Below are positions 39,713 to 48,858 of a stretch of DNA of 64,000 nucleotides, one piece after another. A model generated the notes under the pieces. It saw only the letters and a program-made list of their open reading frames with translations, had not been told where the DNA came from and made no database searches. Made by a program: the position numbers and the translations under genes. This DNA comes from Patescibacteria group bacterium (GTDB taxonomy: Bacteria; Patescibacteriota; Patescibacteriia; JACRDY01). Numbering within the stretch: the first letter of the stretch is position 1; each line of letters begins with the position of its first letter. Location of the stretch: the NCBI GenBank assembly GCA_041671565.1, contig JBAZBH010000005.1, forward strand, positions 3,083 through 67,082. Direction: 5' to 3'.

Positions 39713-39887
39713 TAATTCAAACTTGGGTATTTTGGTCATCTGTATCCACCGTTCGTGGATATAGTCCCTGAATACTGCCCGCTTCGCCGAATCGAGGCGA
39801 GCATACTGCTCCCTGAATACTCCTCCGGGGCTAGCCAAAACCGCGGTTTTGCGCTAGAATAGTTGGAGTAAATACCTAAATTTACAG

Positions 39888-40044
39888 GAGCCTACCTCGC
39901 AAATAGCTTCTACTGCGATTGGCGAATTTTGGCTACAAATTGTTCAAAACTCGTCAGCATAACCAGGTTATGCCTCCTCGTTTTTCACAATTTTCGCTCA
40001 AAATTCGCTCAATCTCGTGACGAAGCTATTTGTGAGATAGGCTC
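39888..40044. mobile_element. MITE-like long hairpin (157 bp)
   Basis: 21/23 TIR GAGCCTAyCTCrCAAATAGCTTC; self-complementary throughout. Confidence 0.75.
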
Positions 40045-40060
40045 TAATTATTTTAATTTT

Positions 40061-41728
40061 ATGAAGAAAAGAAACAAGATTATTATTATCGTGGCGGTGG
40101 TGGCGGTTATTCTTGGCGGCTGGTTATACGCTCGGGCAAAAGGCAGCGCCGCGCCGGAATATGTCACGGCGAAAGTGGAGCGGGGCAAATTAACCCAAAC
40201 CGTTTCGGCGACCGGCTCGGTCAAGAGCACGGAAACTATTAACCTGAATTTTGCCGCCTCCGGCCGGATTACAGCGGTTAAAGTGAAAGTTGGCGACAAG
40301 GTTCGGGCGGGGCAGTATTTGGCAGCGCTCGACAGCGGCGATTTGGCGGTGCAATTGCGCCAATACCAGGCGGCGCTCGCTTCGGCGCAAGCAAACTTAG
40401 ATAAAATCCTTGCCGGCGCCAGCCAGGAAGAAATCGGCGTTTCTCAGGCGCAGGTGGACGGCGCGCTGGCGGCTTGGAACGCGGCCGTGTTGGATCTCGC
40501 CAACGCGGAAAACAACCGCGACGCCAACATGAAGATTTACCGTGAAACGGCTCTAACTGATTTGCAGAATTACCTTTTTAAGGCTCGGTCAAGCATGGAT
40601 GTGGTGGAACGGACTTATACTGATCCGGCCGGCAAAGATTATCTCGGCATTAAAAATCCGCAGAACCTCACTAGCGCCAAAGCGGAACGGCTGAATACAT
40701 TGGCTTTACTTAATAACAGCGAAGTCAAAATCAATCTGGCGGCCGGGAGCGGCAGTGACGCGGATTTAATCTCCGGAATTGACAGTTTGCTCCTTGGCAT
40801 AAACAGCGCCACTACCACCTTGGACTATATGTTTAGCGCTCTTCAAGACGCGCTGACAACCAATACTTTTCCGGAAGCGAGTCTGGACGCGTTAAAGGTT
40901 AATGTTAAGGCCGAGCAAACTATTATGAATACGGCGACCGGCGCTTTACAGACTGACCGCAGCAATTTACAGACCAAGAAAATTTATTATGATAACGCCG
41001 TGGATACTGCCGCCAGCGCCGCGGAAATTAAAAAGCAGGCTTGGACGCTGGCTCAGGCGCAATACAATGTCACGGTTGCCAGCCCCAAAACCAATGATGT
41101 GTCCTATTACCGCGCCTTAGTCAGCCAGGCGGCGGCGCAAGTGGCCGGCATTCAGCAAAAAATGTCTGACCGGGTGATCTCAGCGCCGACCGGCGGCACG
41201 ATCACCAAGGTTAATAATTTTGTTGGCGAAACTTCCAGCCTCGGGACGCCGGTTTTGGTGATGCTCCCGGATAACCCGTATTACATTGAAGTGGATATAT
41301 CTGAAGCCGACATTGCTAAAGTTAAAGTTGGCGATTTGGCGTCTTTTACTTTGGACGCTTATGGCAGCGACACCAAGTTTTCCGGCGCGGTCTTGTCAGT
41401 CGAGCCGGCGGAAACCGTGATTTCCGGCGTGGTTTATTACAAAGTCAAAATCAATCTGGAGTCGGCCGGGCAGGAAATCAAGCCGGGCATGACCGCCAAC
41501 ATCGATATTATCACCGCGGAAAAAGCTGATGTGCTGTATCTGCCGGCGCGGGCGGTTAAGACCGAAAATGGCAAGAAGGTGGTCAGCGTTCTTACCGACT
41601 CGGCAAAGAAAACTCTAGAAACCAAAGAAGTAACCGTGGGGTTAAAAGGGGATAATGGTTTGATTGAGCTGGTTTCCGGGTTAAATGAAGGAGACGAGGT
41701 GGTGGTTTACACCAAAAACGGAAAATAA
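40061..41728 (+). CDS. MacA/HlyD-family periplasmic adaptor
   Basis: TM anchor, GRIT.V.VKVGDKV..GQ, long coiled coil, KPGMTA; ATG at 40061. Confidence 0.9.
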   Translation: MKKRNKIIIIVAVVAVILGGWLYARAKGSAAPEYVTAKVERGKLTQTVSATGSVKSTETINLNFAASGRITAVKVKVGDKVRAGQYLAALDSGDLAVQLRQYQAALASAQANLDKILAGASQEEIGVSQAQVDGALAAWNAAVLDLANAENNRDANMKIYRETALTDLQNYLFKARSSMDVVERTYTDPAGKDYLGIKNPQNLTSAKAERLNTLALLNNSEVKINLAAGSGSDADLISGIDSLLLGINSATTTLDYMFSALQDALTTNTFPEASLDALKVNVKAEQTIMNTATGALQTDRSNLQTKKIYYDNAVDTAASAAEIKKQAWTLAQAQYNVTVASPKTNDVSYYRALVSQAAAQVAGIQQKMSDRVISAPTGGTITKVNNFVGETSSLGTPVLVMLPDNPYYIEVDISEADIAKVKVGDLASFTLDAYGSDTKFSGAVLSVEPAETVISGVVYYKVKINLESAGQEIKPGMTANIDIITAEKADVLYLPARAVKTENGKKVVSVLTDSAKKTLETKEVTVGLKGDNGLIELVSGLNEGDEVVVYTKNGK

Positions 41729-41733
41729 GTAGG

Positions 41734-41845
41734 AAATGACAAAATCCCAATGTCCAATCAATGCCAAATGCCAAAAGGTGGTAATTTGACATTAAGCATT
41801 TGGATTTGATTGGATATTTGAGCTTTGTCATTCTTGAAATTGAAA
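41734..41845. repeat. CCAATGT-family heptamer hairpin
   Basis: AAATCCCAATGTCCAATCAATGCC ... TTTGGATTTGATTGGATATTTG. Confidence 0.85.
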
Positions 41846-41852
41846 TATTTAT

Positions 41853-42578
41853 ATGTCCAAACCAATCATTCAAGTCGTTGACTTAAAAAAAGATTATACC
41901 AACGAAGAAGTCATCACCTCAGTTCTCCGCGGGGTGAGTTTTGTGATTAACCCGGGCGAGTTTGTGGCGATTATGGGGCCGTCGGGCTCGGGCAAATCAA
42001 CCCTGATGCATATCTTGGGACTTTTAGACCGGGCAACGGTCGGCGATTATCTTTTGAAAGGCGGCAATGTCAAAGACCTGACCGACGAGGCGCTTGCCGA
42101 AACGCGCCTGCGAACGATTGGCTTTATTTTTCAAGCGTTTAATCTGCTACCGCGGCAGTCGGCTCTCGAGAATGTTAAACTGCCTTTGGTTTATAACCGC
42201 GAGGTGAATATTACCGCGCGCGCGGCTAAAGCCCAGGCGGCTTTGGAGGCGGTGGGCCTCGGGCACCGGTTAAATTTTCTCGCCAACCAGCTCTCCGGCG
42301 GCGAGAAACAGCGGGTGGCAATTGCCCGGGCACTGGTCAACGATCCGGATATTATTTTTGCTGATGAACCGACCGGCAACCTGGACAGCAAATCCGGCGA
42401 GGCGGTCATGGAAATTTTGGAAAAACTGAACGACAGCGGCAAAACCATTATCTTGGTGACCCACGAAAAAGACACGGCCGAACACGCCAAACGGGTGATC
42501 AAAATCCGCGACGGTATGCTCGCCGGCGACGAGATGGTGGAGAACCGGCGGTTGGCTAAGGACGGACTACAGAAGTAA
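41853..42578 (+). CDS. ABC ATPase (MacB/LolD type)
   Basis: GPSGSGKST, LSGGEKQRV, DEPTGNLD. Confidence 0.95.
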   Translation: MSKPIIQVVDLKKDYTNEEVITSVLRGVSFVINPGEFVAIMGPSGSGKSTLMHILGLLDRATVGDYLLKGGNVKDLTDEALAETRLRTIGFIFQAFNLLPRQSALENVKLPLVYNREVNITARAAKAQAALEAVGLGHRLNFLANQLSGGEKQRVAIARALVNDPDIIFADEPTGNLDSKSGEAVMEILEKLNDSGKTIILVTHEKDTAEHAKRVIKIRDGMLAGDEMVENRRLAKDGLQK

Positions 42579-42717
42579 TGTAAAATTTAAAAATCAAAAT
42601 GGAAAATGACAATTTAAAATTAAAAATGTCTGGTAGAATAGCTGATTCATTAAATCGCCGAGAAGCTGGCAATTTTACATTTTACACTGTCATTTTCCAT
42701 TTTGATTTTTGATTTTT
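42577..42717. repeat. Heptamer (nnAAAAT) hairpin filling the intercistronic gap
   Basis: AAAAATCAAAATGGAAAATGACA ... TGTCATTTTCCATTTTGATTTTT. Confidence 0.85.
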
Positions 42718-42722
42718 CAATT

Positions 42723-43952
42723 ATGTACTTCTTGGACGCGATAAAAATGGCCGAACGCAACTTGCTCGCCAACAAAAAGCGGGCGGTTTTGACTATCTTA
42801 GGGATTGTTATCGGCATTACGGCGGTGATTGTGATTATGGCAGTTGGCGCCGGCGCGCAAGGTTTGGTGGTGGGGCAGATCAATAGCCTCGGTTCAAACT
42901 TAGTCGGCATTTTGCCGGGCGGCGGCGACAGCAAAAGTCCGCCGGCTTTTGTTTTTGGCATTATTATTACCACTCTCAAAAATGACGATATCTACGCGAT
43001 TCGGCGTCAAGTGCCGGCCGTGGTGGCGGCTAGCGGTATTGTCACGGCGAACGAAACCGCGTCGCATGAAAATCAGAGCGGCGCTTTTAGTATCTATGGC
43101 TGTTCGGCCGAGTTTCCGGCGGTGAATGATCTGGAGGTGGACAGCGGCCGCTGGTTCACCGAGGAAGAAGAAAAGGGCCTGGGCCGAGTGGCAGTGCTTG
43201 GCAGCCAGGTGGCAATCGATTTGTTTGAAGGCGATGATCCGCTGGGGCAGAAAATTAAAATTAAAAAAGAGTCTTTTACCGTGATTGGCGTGACTAAGCC
43301 CAAAGGCGCGGTGATGACCGAGAATTTCGACAAGACAATCTATTTGCCGGTGAGCGCGGCGCAGAAATTGATCCTCGGGATTGATTACCTCAATTTTGCC
43401 CGGGTGAAAATCGACGAGGCGGCTAATATCGGGCCGGCGATTAGCGAGATCGAAAGTATTTTACGCGACCGGCATAATATTGATAACCCGAGCGACGATG
43501 ACTTTAGCGTCCGCGACCAGGCGCAGGCTTTGGATATTCTGACTCAAATCACCGACTATTTGCGGTTTTTTCTCGCGGCAGTGGCGGCGATTGCCCTCTT
43601 GGTCGGCGGCATCGGCATTATGAATATCATGCTGGTGTCGGTGACCGAACGGACTCGGGAAATCGGCCTCCGTAAAGCCGTCGGCGCGACCGAGGGCCAA
43701 ATTCTCCTGCAATTTCTTTTGGAAGCGGTTTTTCTCACCGTGATTGCCGGCGTGGTCGGAGTGATACTCGGCGGACTGATATCTTTTTTAATTTCTCTAG
43801 TCATGCAATCCTTGGGTTACAGCTGGCTGTTTAGTATTTCTTTTGGTTCAATCGTTTTGGCAGTTGGCGTCGCCGGCGGCATCGGCCTAGTTTTTGGCTA
43901 TTATCCGGCAAAACGGGCGGCGCGGCTGGATCCGGTGGAAGCGCTGCGATAA
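42723..43952 (+). CDS. MacB-type ABC permease
   Basis: GGIGIMNIMLVSVTERTREIG, LDPVEALR. Confidence 0.95.
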   Translation: MYFLDAIKMAERNLLANKKRAVLTILGIVIGITAVIVIMAVGAGAQGLVVGQINSLGSNLVGILPGGGDSKSPPAFVFGIIITTLKNDDIYAIRRQVPAVVAASGIVTANETASHENQSGAFSIYGCSAEFPAVNDLEVDSGRWFTEEEEKGLGRVAVLGSQVAIDLFEGDDPLGQKIKIKKESFTVIGVTKPKGAVMTENFDKTIYLPVSAAQKLILGIDYLNFARVKIDEAANIGPAISEIESILRDRHNIDNPSDDDFSVRDQAQALDILTQITDYLRFFLAAVAAIALLVGGIGIMNIMLVSVTERTREIGLRKAVGATEGQILLQFLLEAVFLTVIAGVVGVILGGLISFLISLVMQSLGYSWLFSISFGSIVLAVGVAGGIGLVFGYYPAKRAARLDPVEALR

Positions 43953-43995
43953 CTTATTTCCTTTATTTTAGGCCTTGGTTAAGGTTTCTAACACT

Positions 43996-44072
43996 AGAGT
44001 TGAAAGTTATAAAGTTATAAAGTTGAAAGTTAGGGAACTTTAAAACTTTATAACTTTCAACTTTATAACTTT
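43996..44072. repeat. Octamer (AAAGTTAT) hairpin
   Basis: AAAGTTATAAAGTTGAAAGTT ... AACTTTCAACTTTATAACTTT. Confidence 0.85.
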
Positions 44073-44087
44073 GGTCGGCAAAAGTTT

Positions 44088-45323
44088 ATGCGGTTATATT
44101 CCTTTATAGATCAATTAAAGACTACCGTCGCCACCCTCCGAGCCAATAAAGGCCGGTCGATTTTGACGCTCCTGGGGATTGTCATTGGCATCACTTCGGT
44201 GATTATTGTTTTCTCTGCCGGCCGGGCGCTCCAAGCCTTTATGGATGACCAAATGTCGTCTTTTGGCAGCAATTATATCCAGATCGAGCCGCGCACGCCG
44301 GGCCAGCAAAATCAAGGCACCGGGCCGAATGTCGTCACGACCTTGAAAGAGAGCGACCGCGAGGCAATCATGAAAATCCCGAATATCCGGACCGCCTACG
44401 GCGGCCTGATGGGCCAAGAAAAAATCACCTATCAGAGCGAGTCGGAAAAAGTCATGCTTTGGGGCGTGTCGCCGGAGTATTTGGATATTGACACCGGCGA
44501 GATCGCCGCTGGACGCTGGTTCACGCAGGAAGAAAATAATTCACAAGCCAAAGTGGCGGTTCTGGGGAGCGAGATTAAAGATACCTTGTTTGGGACCGGC
44601 GAATATATCGGCCGTGATGTCAAAATCGGCCGGCAGAATTTCAAAGTCATTGGCAGTTTCCAGTCGCGCGGGGGGCTCGGGTTTTTTAACATGGACAAAA
44701 TGGTTTGGCTGCCGGTCAAAACTCTCCAAAAAGAAATCTTGGGCGTGGATTACCTCAGCTGGATTACGGCGCAAATGGCGGATCCGACAGAGAGCGAATT
44801 CACCGCCGTCCAGGTCAATGATCTCCTTCGCGACCGGCATAATATCACCGACCCGGCGCGCGATGACTTTCAAGCGGTGACCCAAGAACAGGCGCAGGGG
44901 ATAGTGGATACGGTGGTCAACGGCATCACGGCGTTACTTTTGGTCTTGGTGGCGATTTCGCTCCTGGTCGGCGGCGTCGGCATTATGAATATCATGTATG
45001 TCACCGTGACCGAGCGGACTTATGAGATTGGCCTCCGCAAAGCGGTCGGCGCCACGGCCCGCGATATTCTCTGGCAGTTTCTCCTGGAAGCCGTCACCCT
45101 GACTTTCGCCGGCGGGGTCGTAGGAATCGTCTGCGGCGCGTTGGTGTCATTTGGCATTTCGCTTCTCGCTAACTTTTTTGGTTTTGCTTGGAAGTTTAGC
45201 CTGCCCCTCAACGGCATTTTGATCTCTTGTATTTTCTCGGTGCTGGTTGGGCTGATTTTCGGCCTATACCCGGCGCGTAAAGCGGCCAGGCTAGATCCGG
45301 TGGAGGCGCTGCGGAATGAGTAG
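44088..45323 (+). CDS. MacB-type ABC permease (paralogue)
   Basis: GGVGIMNIMYVTVTERTYEIG. Confidence 0.95.
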   Translation: MRLYSFIDQLKTTVATLRANKGRSILTLLGIVIGITSVIIVFSAGRALQAFMDDQMSSFGSNYIQIEPRTPGQQNQGTGPNVVTTLKESDREAIMKIPNIRTAYGGLMGQEKITYQSESEKVMLWGVSPEYLDIDTGEIAAGRWFTQEENNSQAKVAVLGSEIKDTLFGTGEYIGRDVKIGRQNFKVIGSFQSRGGLGFFNMDKMVWLPVKTLQKEILGVDYLSWITAQMADPTESEFTAVQVNDLLRDRHNITDPARDDFQAVTQEQAQGIVDTVVNGITALLLVLVAISLLVGGVGIMNIMYVTVTERTYEIGLRKAVGATARDILWQFLLEAVTLTFAGGVVGIVCGALVSFGISLLANFFGFAWKFSLPLNGILISCIFSVLVGLIFGLYPARKAARLDPVEALRNE

Positions 45324-45426
45324 CGGTAAGCCCCGAAGGGGCCTCTTCGGGGCAATAAGCTGTAAGCTATAAGGGGTGGATGAGCCACGAATAGCGTAAA
45401 TTTAACCCTTATAGCTTACCGCTTAA
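45321..45426. repeat. TAAGCTG-family hairpin with an inserted palindrome at 45330-45353
   Basis: GCGGTAA[GCCCCGAAGGGGCCTCTTCGGGGC]AATAAGCTGTAAGCTATAAGG ... CCTTATAGCTTACCGC. Confidence 0.8.
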
Positions 45427-45498
45427 TCTGGACTATTTCCTAATTTGTGCTAAAGTCGGGGTATCAAAGTAACTGTTTTAACCCAGGAGGTGTTAGCC

Positions 45499-45987
45499 AT
45501 GGACAAACAGAACAGCCAAGTTGAAAATCAAAACGACAGCGCGGAACGGATGGGAAAACTGGTGGAGTCTCAAGGAACAATAATCAAATGCCTGTTCCTT
45601 GTTATCTTCTTTCTCATCGCCATAGCGATGGTTGCGGCCTTTTGGCCCCGGGCGAAAACCTTGCCTGAATTGCTGGCCGCGGCGGAATGCCTGGACCCGG
45701 CGCAGATCGCCGAGATCACTTACAGCCCGGAACATGAGAATATGGTCCAGCTCATCTGGCCTGACGGTTCAAGCGGCATGTTGCCGTGGGGCAGTGTCTT
45801 GGAGGCGGACTTTGATGATGGTGACGGTCATTACTTCACCAATGTCTGCAATGTCCAGCCGATCTTTGACCGGCTAATGTGCCGGTTGTACGGCATCGGC
45901 GGCATTGGCGGCTTTGATCTCCAAAACCGCGAGTTCTGGACCATCCGGGTCGTGGACCAGCGGCCATTTCCCCATCTAGGGGAATAA
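45499..45987 (+). CDS. Hypothetical TM-anchored protein
   Basis: AGGAGG RBS; TM; domain shared with the next gene. Confidence 0.75.
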   Translation: MDKQNSQVENQNDSAERMGKLVESQGTIIKCLFLVIFFLIAIAMVAAFWPRAKTLPELLAAAECLDPAQIAEITYSPEHENMVQLIWPDGSSGMLPWGSVLEADFDDGDGHYFTNVCNVQPIFDRLMCRLYGIGGIGGFDLQNREFWTIRVVDQRPFPHLGE

Positions 45988-46081
45988 TAGCAATAAAATC
46001 AAGGACAATCAGAGGCTGGGCAAGACGCCTGGCCTTTTTCTTTTGGGGTGCTCTGCGCTCCGTACTAATTGCCTCAAATCC

Positions 46082-46138
46082 TTGACAATAATTGGTATAT
46101 ATGATAGGCTACAGGCATTAGATAAAGACCTTTGAAAA
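46082..46138 (+). promoter_or_regulatory. Promoter plus boxA-like motif
   Basis: TTGACA-17-TAGGCT then GACCTTTGAAAA. Confidence 0.55.
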
Positions 46139-46254
46139 TATCAATAAATATGGGCTATATTCGTTTAGCCTTAAGGATTTAGACAGTGATTCCGGATGCC
46201 TCGCCGAAGGTCGGCGGGGTACGCAATTCACAACACGGTTAAGGAGATCGGATC

Positions 46255-47841
46255 ATGAAAAAGCTCAGTTTGGTTCTGGCGATGATGTTGGCGATGATGC
46301 TGACGGTGACCGCCTTTGCGGCCGGACCTCTCAGCCCGCCGGTCGATTCCGTCGGCCCCGGAGGTTGCGACTTCCAATGGCCGTGGGAAAGCGATGACGA
46401 CGCGGACGACGACACCGATGACGACGCCGGCGAGAACCTCAACAATGAGGAAGTTTGCAGCTGGGTGTATTCACCGGCAGAGAAACGGCTGCATCTGGAT
46501 TGGAGCAATGGTGGTCGTCCCGGCACCTGTATTATCCCGGAAGGGATTCAGGCCGGCGCTATTCTCGAGGCGACGGATCAATGTGGATCCGGATGGGTCG
46601 GGACATGCACCATGGAACCGATCATGGAGTCGTTCATGTGTCGGTTTTATGAGGTTCCACCTCCGGCCACGAAGGAGTGTATTGTGCTTCGGATTATGAA
46701 TGACGGCGACGACGACATCGAGTCCTGTGACGGATGTTTCGTTGACGGCGTTTGCTACGCCGCCGGCACCTTGAACTCAGCCAACTCTTGCTTGGAATGT
46801 AATCCCAGCAATAGCCCAACTGGCTGGTCGGCAGTGCAAAACGGCACGGCGTGCGACGACGGATTGTTCTGCAACGGCTTCGATAACTGCGACTACGGCG
46901 TTTGCACGACGCATACTGGCACGCCTTGCCTTGATAGTTGCGATGAAGACGCCGATCAGTGTGGATGGTGCCCTGAAGGTGGTTGCGTTCATTTTTTGAA
47001 CCGTCTGGCAGCAGGCGGACCGGATGTCGATAATGTTTACCTTGAAATGCGCGTTGCTTTCAACGCCAACGACGAGGTTCAAGGGTTCCCGGCTTTCACG
47101 GGGCAAAATGCGATAACTCGGCAAGACCTTATCAATGGGTATGCTGAATTGATCGTCGAGACCTCGGACGGGTGGACGGTGGAGGTTCAGAAGAACCTTG
47201 TCACTGGCAACGCCGACGGTGACCTGTATTATGCCACGGTGCCGTTCGAGCTCGAGAATTTTCGGCTGAATTTAGAAACGGCATATGGCCGCCGATCGTA
47301 TGCCAACCCTGGGCTCTTCAAGATTCAGGGAAACTTGTATCCCTGTGACATGGGTATCTTTTCGCGGACGGCGGATTGCTCGTTTCTGCGGGTGGCGTTG
47401 AATTCATCGACGCCATCAGGAGTTTTCAGCGCAGGTTACGACAAGGTGGTCTATAAGGGCAACTTGGTTGTGGCCGCGAATATCGACTACACATGGGTTC
47501 CTGCGATGAAATTCAGGTTGGTTACCTCCGATCAACCGATCATGCCGTCGCCGACGAACTTTTTCGGCTTCCGGCTGATGTCGGAAGATTTCCAAACAAC
47601 TTACGGCACAGGAGAGTTGATAGGGGATATGATTTACATCACCCGCTCCGATCTCAACCATGCTGCTTTGGGGGTTGGTTCCGGAACAACCAAAACGGTG
47701 GTTTTGGTCGCCAGTGTGGTGGGGTTACCCATCAACACCAGCTTCGGATTCATCTTGATGTCGGTCGAGGCGACCGACTACAACGGCGAACCCAGGGATG
47801 TTGCTGGCGTCCCACTTTCGGGCGGCTGGATGACGCTCTGA
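46255..47841 (+). CDS. Secreted Cys-rich multidomain protein
   Basis: AAGGAG RBS, signal peptide ending AFA, acidic DDDADDDTDDD linker, CDDGLFCNG.D.C disulfide repeat. Confidence 0.8.
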   Translation: MKKLSLVLAMMLAMMLTVTAFAAGPLSPPVDSVGPGGCDFQWPWESDDDADDDTDDDAGENLNNEEVCSWVYSPAEKRLHLDWSNGGRPGTCIIPEGIQAGAILEATDQCGSGWVGTCTMEPIMESFMCRFYEVPPPATKECIVLRIMNDGDDDIESCDGCFVDGVCYAAGTLNSANSCLECNPSNSPTGWSAVQNGTACDDGLFCNGFDNCDYGVCTTHTGTPCLDSCDEDADQCGWCPEGGCVHFLNRLAAGGPDVDNVYLEMRVAFNANDEVQGFPAFTGQNAITRQDLINGYAELIVETSDGWTVEVQKNLVTGNADGDLYYATVPFELENFRLNLETAYGRRSYANPGLFKIQGNLYPCDMGIFSRTADCSFLRVALNSSTPSGVFSAGYDKVVYKGNLVVAANIDYTWVPAMKFRLVTSDQPIMPSPTNFFGFRLMSEDFQTTYGTGELIGDMIYITRSDLNHAALGVGSGTTKTVVLVASVVGLPINTSFGFILMSVEATDYNGEPRDVAGVPLSGGWMTL

Positions 47842-47859
47842 TCTTTTCACAATTTTATG

Positions 47860-47894
47860 CAAAGGACTACCCTCGGGGTGGTCCTTTTTCTTTT
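47860..47894 (+). terminator. Intrinsic terminator
   Basis: AAAGGACTACCC-TCG-GGGTGGTCCTTT followed by a T-tract. Confidence 0.75.
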
Positions 47895-47898
47895 GGGG

Positions 47899-48005
47899 GA
47901 GTCCACAGTCCAGAGTCCGGAGTGAGCTGTTAGCTAATAAATCCCAAGGGGATCCCTTTGGGACTCTGAGCTTTCTCTGAACTCCGGACTCGGGACTCTG
48001 GACTC
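47899..48005. repeat. Inverted sibling of 6809-6899 carrying an extra 22-nt palindrome
   Basis: Aligns to the reverse complement of 6809-6899 apart from the insertion at 47942-47963 and scattered substitutions. Confidence 0.9.
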
Positions 48006-48061
48006 GTTAGCACTCTTGATCCCGCCAGTCGCTCCGCTCCTGGCGGGACAAGCACCTTCTT

Positions 48062-48100
48062 TTAGCACTCTTGACATAGGAGTGCTAACCGCGGTATAAT
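48062..48100 (+). promoter_or_regulatory. CIRCE operator overlapping the hrcA promoter
   Basis: TTAGCACTC-N9-GAGTGCTAA (48062-48088); TTGACA in the spacer; TATAAT at 48095. Confidence 0.97.
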
Positions 48101-48119
48101 GCCTTTATAAAGCAAAAAT

Positions 48120-48821
48120 ATGGAAGACCGCACACAAAAATTGCTAAATACCATCGTCAGAGAATACATAAAAACCGCCCAGCCGGTGGGGTCCAAGCTT
48201 TTGGTGGATAAGTATAATTTGGATATTAGCTCGGCGACGGTGCGCAATGAAATGGCCTATCTGGAACAAGAGGGCTATATCACTCAGCCGCATACTTCCG
48301 CCGGCCGGGTGCCGACCGAAAAGGGCTATAAATTTTATATCAAGAATTCTCTGGAGCCGAAAGATATCAACAAGACTCAAGACAAAGCTTTTGAAAAAAT
48401 AGTTAAAAGCTCCAAGCAAGACCCCCGTGATTTAGTCAAAAGTCTGGCTAGGCAAATAGCGGAAAACTCCGGTCAGCTGATTTTTGTCAGTTTTGGCGAC
48501 GGCAATTTCTATTATACCGGCATGTCTAATATCTTTTCTCAGCCGGAGTTTGTCGAGCAAGAGATGATCTGCGATCTCAGCAAAATGATGGATCACTTTG
48601 ATGAGTCGATAAAAAAGTCATTTGATTCGACTGATAATGAGGTCAGAGTGATGGTCGGCTCGGCCAATCCTTTTAATAATCGGTGTTCGACGGTGGTGGT
48701 TAATTATGACTCCGGAGAAAACCAAGGCGTTATCGGTTTACTCGGTCCGATGAGAATGGATTATGAAGTTAATATGGCTCTGGTGGAGTATATTAGAGAT
48801 TTAATAAATAATCTGGAATAG
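48120..48821 (+). CDS. hrcA: Heat-inducible repressor HrcA
   Basis: SSATVRNEM, QPHTSAGRVPT, GPMRMDY. Confidence 0.95.
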   Translation: MEDRTQKLLNTIVREYIKTAQPVGSKLLVDKYNLDISSATVRNEMAYLEQEGYITQPHTSAGRVPTEKGYKFYIKNSLEPKDINKTQDKAFEKIVKSSKQDPRDLVKSLARQIAENSGQLIFVSFGDGNFYYTGMSNIFSQPEFVEQEMICDLSKMMDHFDESIKKSFDSTDNEVRVMVGSANPFNNRCSTVVVNYDSGENQGVIGLLGPMRMDYEVNMALVEYIRDLINNLE

Positions 48822-48858
48822 CCGTTGGTAGCTAGCCTGCCAACCGCCAACAGTGTTT

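Noticed and set aside
39534-39764. 76-aa plus-strand ORF
   Set aside because: TTG start, no motif, and it overlaps the likely minus-strand promoter and leader of the radical SAM gene.
39929-40060. Upstream extensions of the adaptor (and of 42702 and 59173 ORFs)
   Set aside because: They run through hairpin or repeat elements; downstream ATGs match the family N-termini.
42723-45323. Tandem permease paralogues as a DGR template/variable pair
   Set aside because: Differences are not adenine-specific, both are full genes and no reverse transcriptase is present.
46140-46250. Riboswitch in the leader of the Cys-rich gene
   Set aside because: Two small hairpins only; no aptamer consensus that I recognise.
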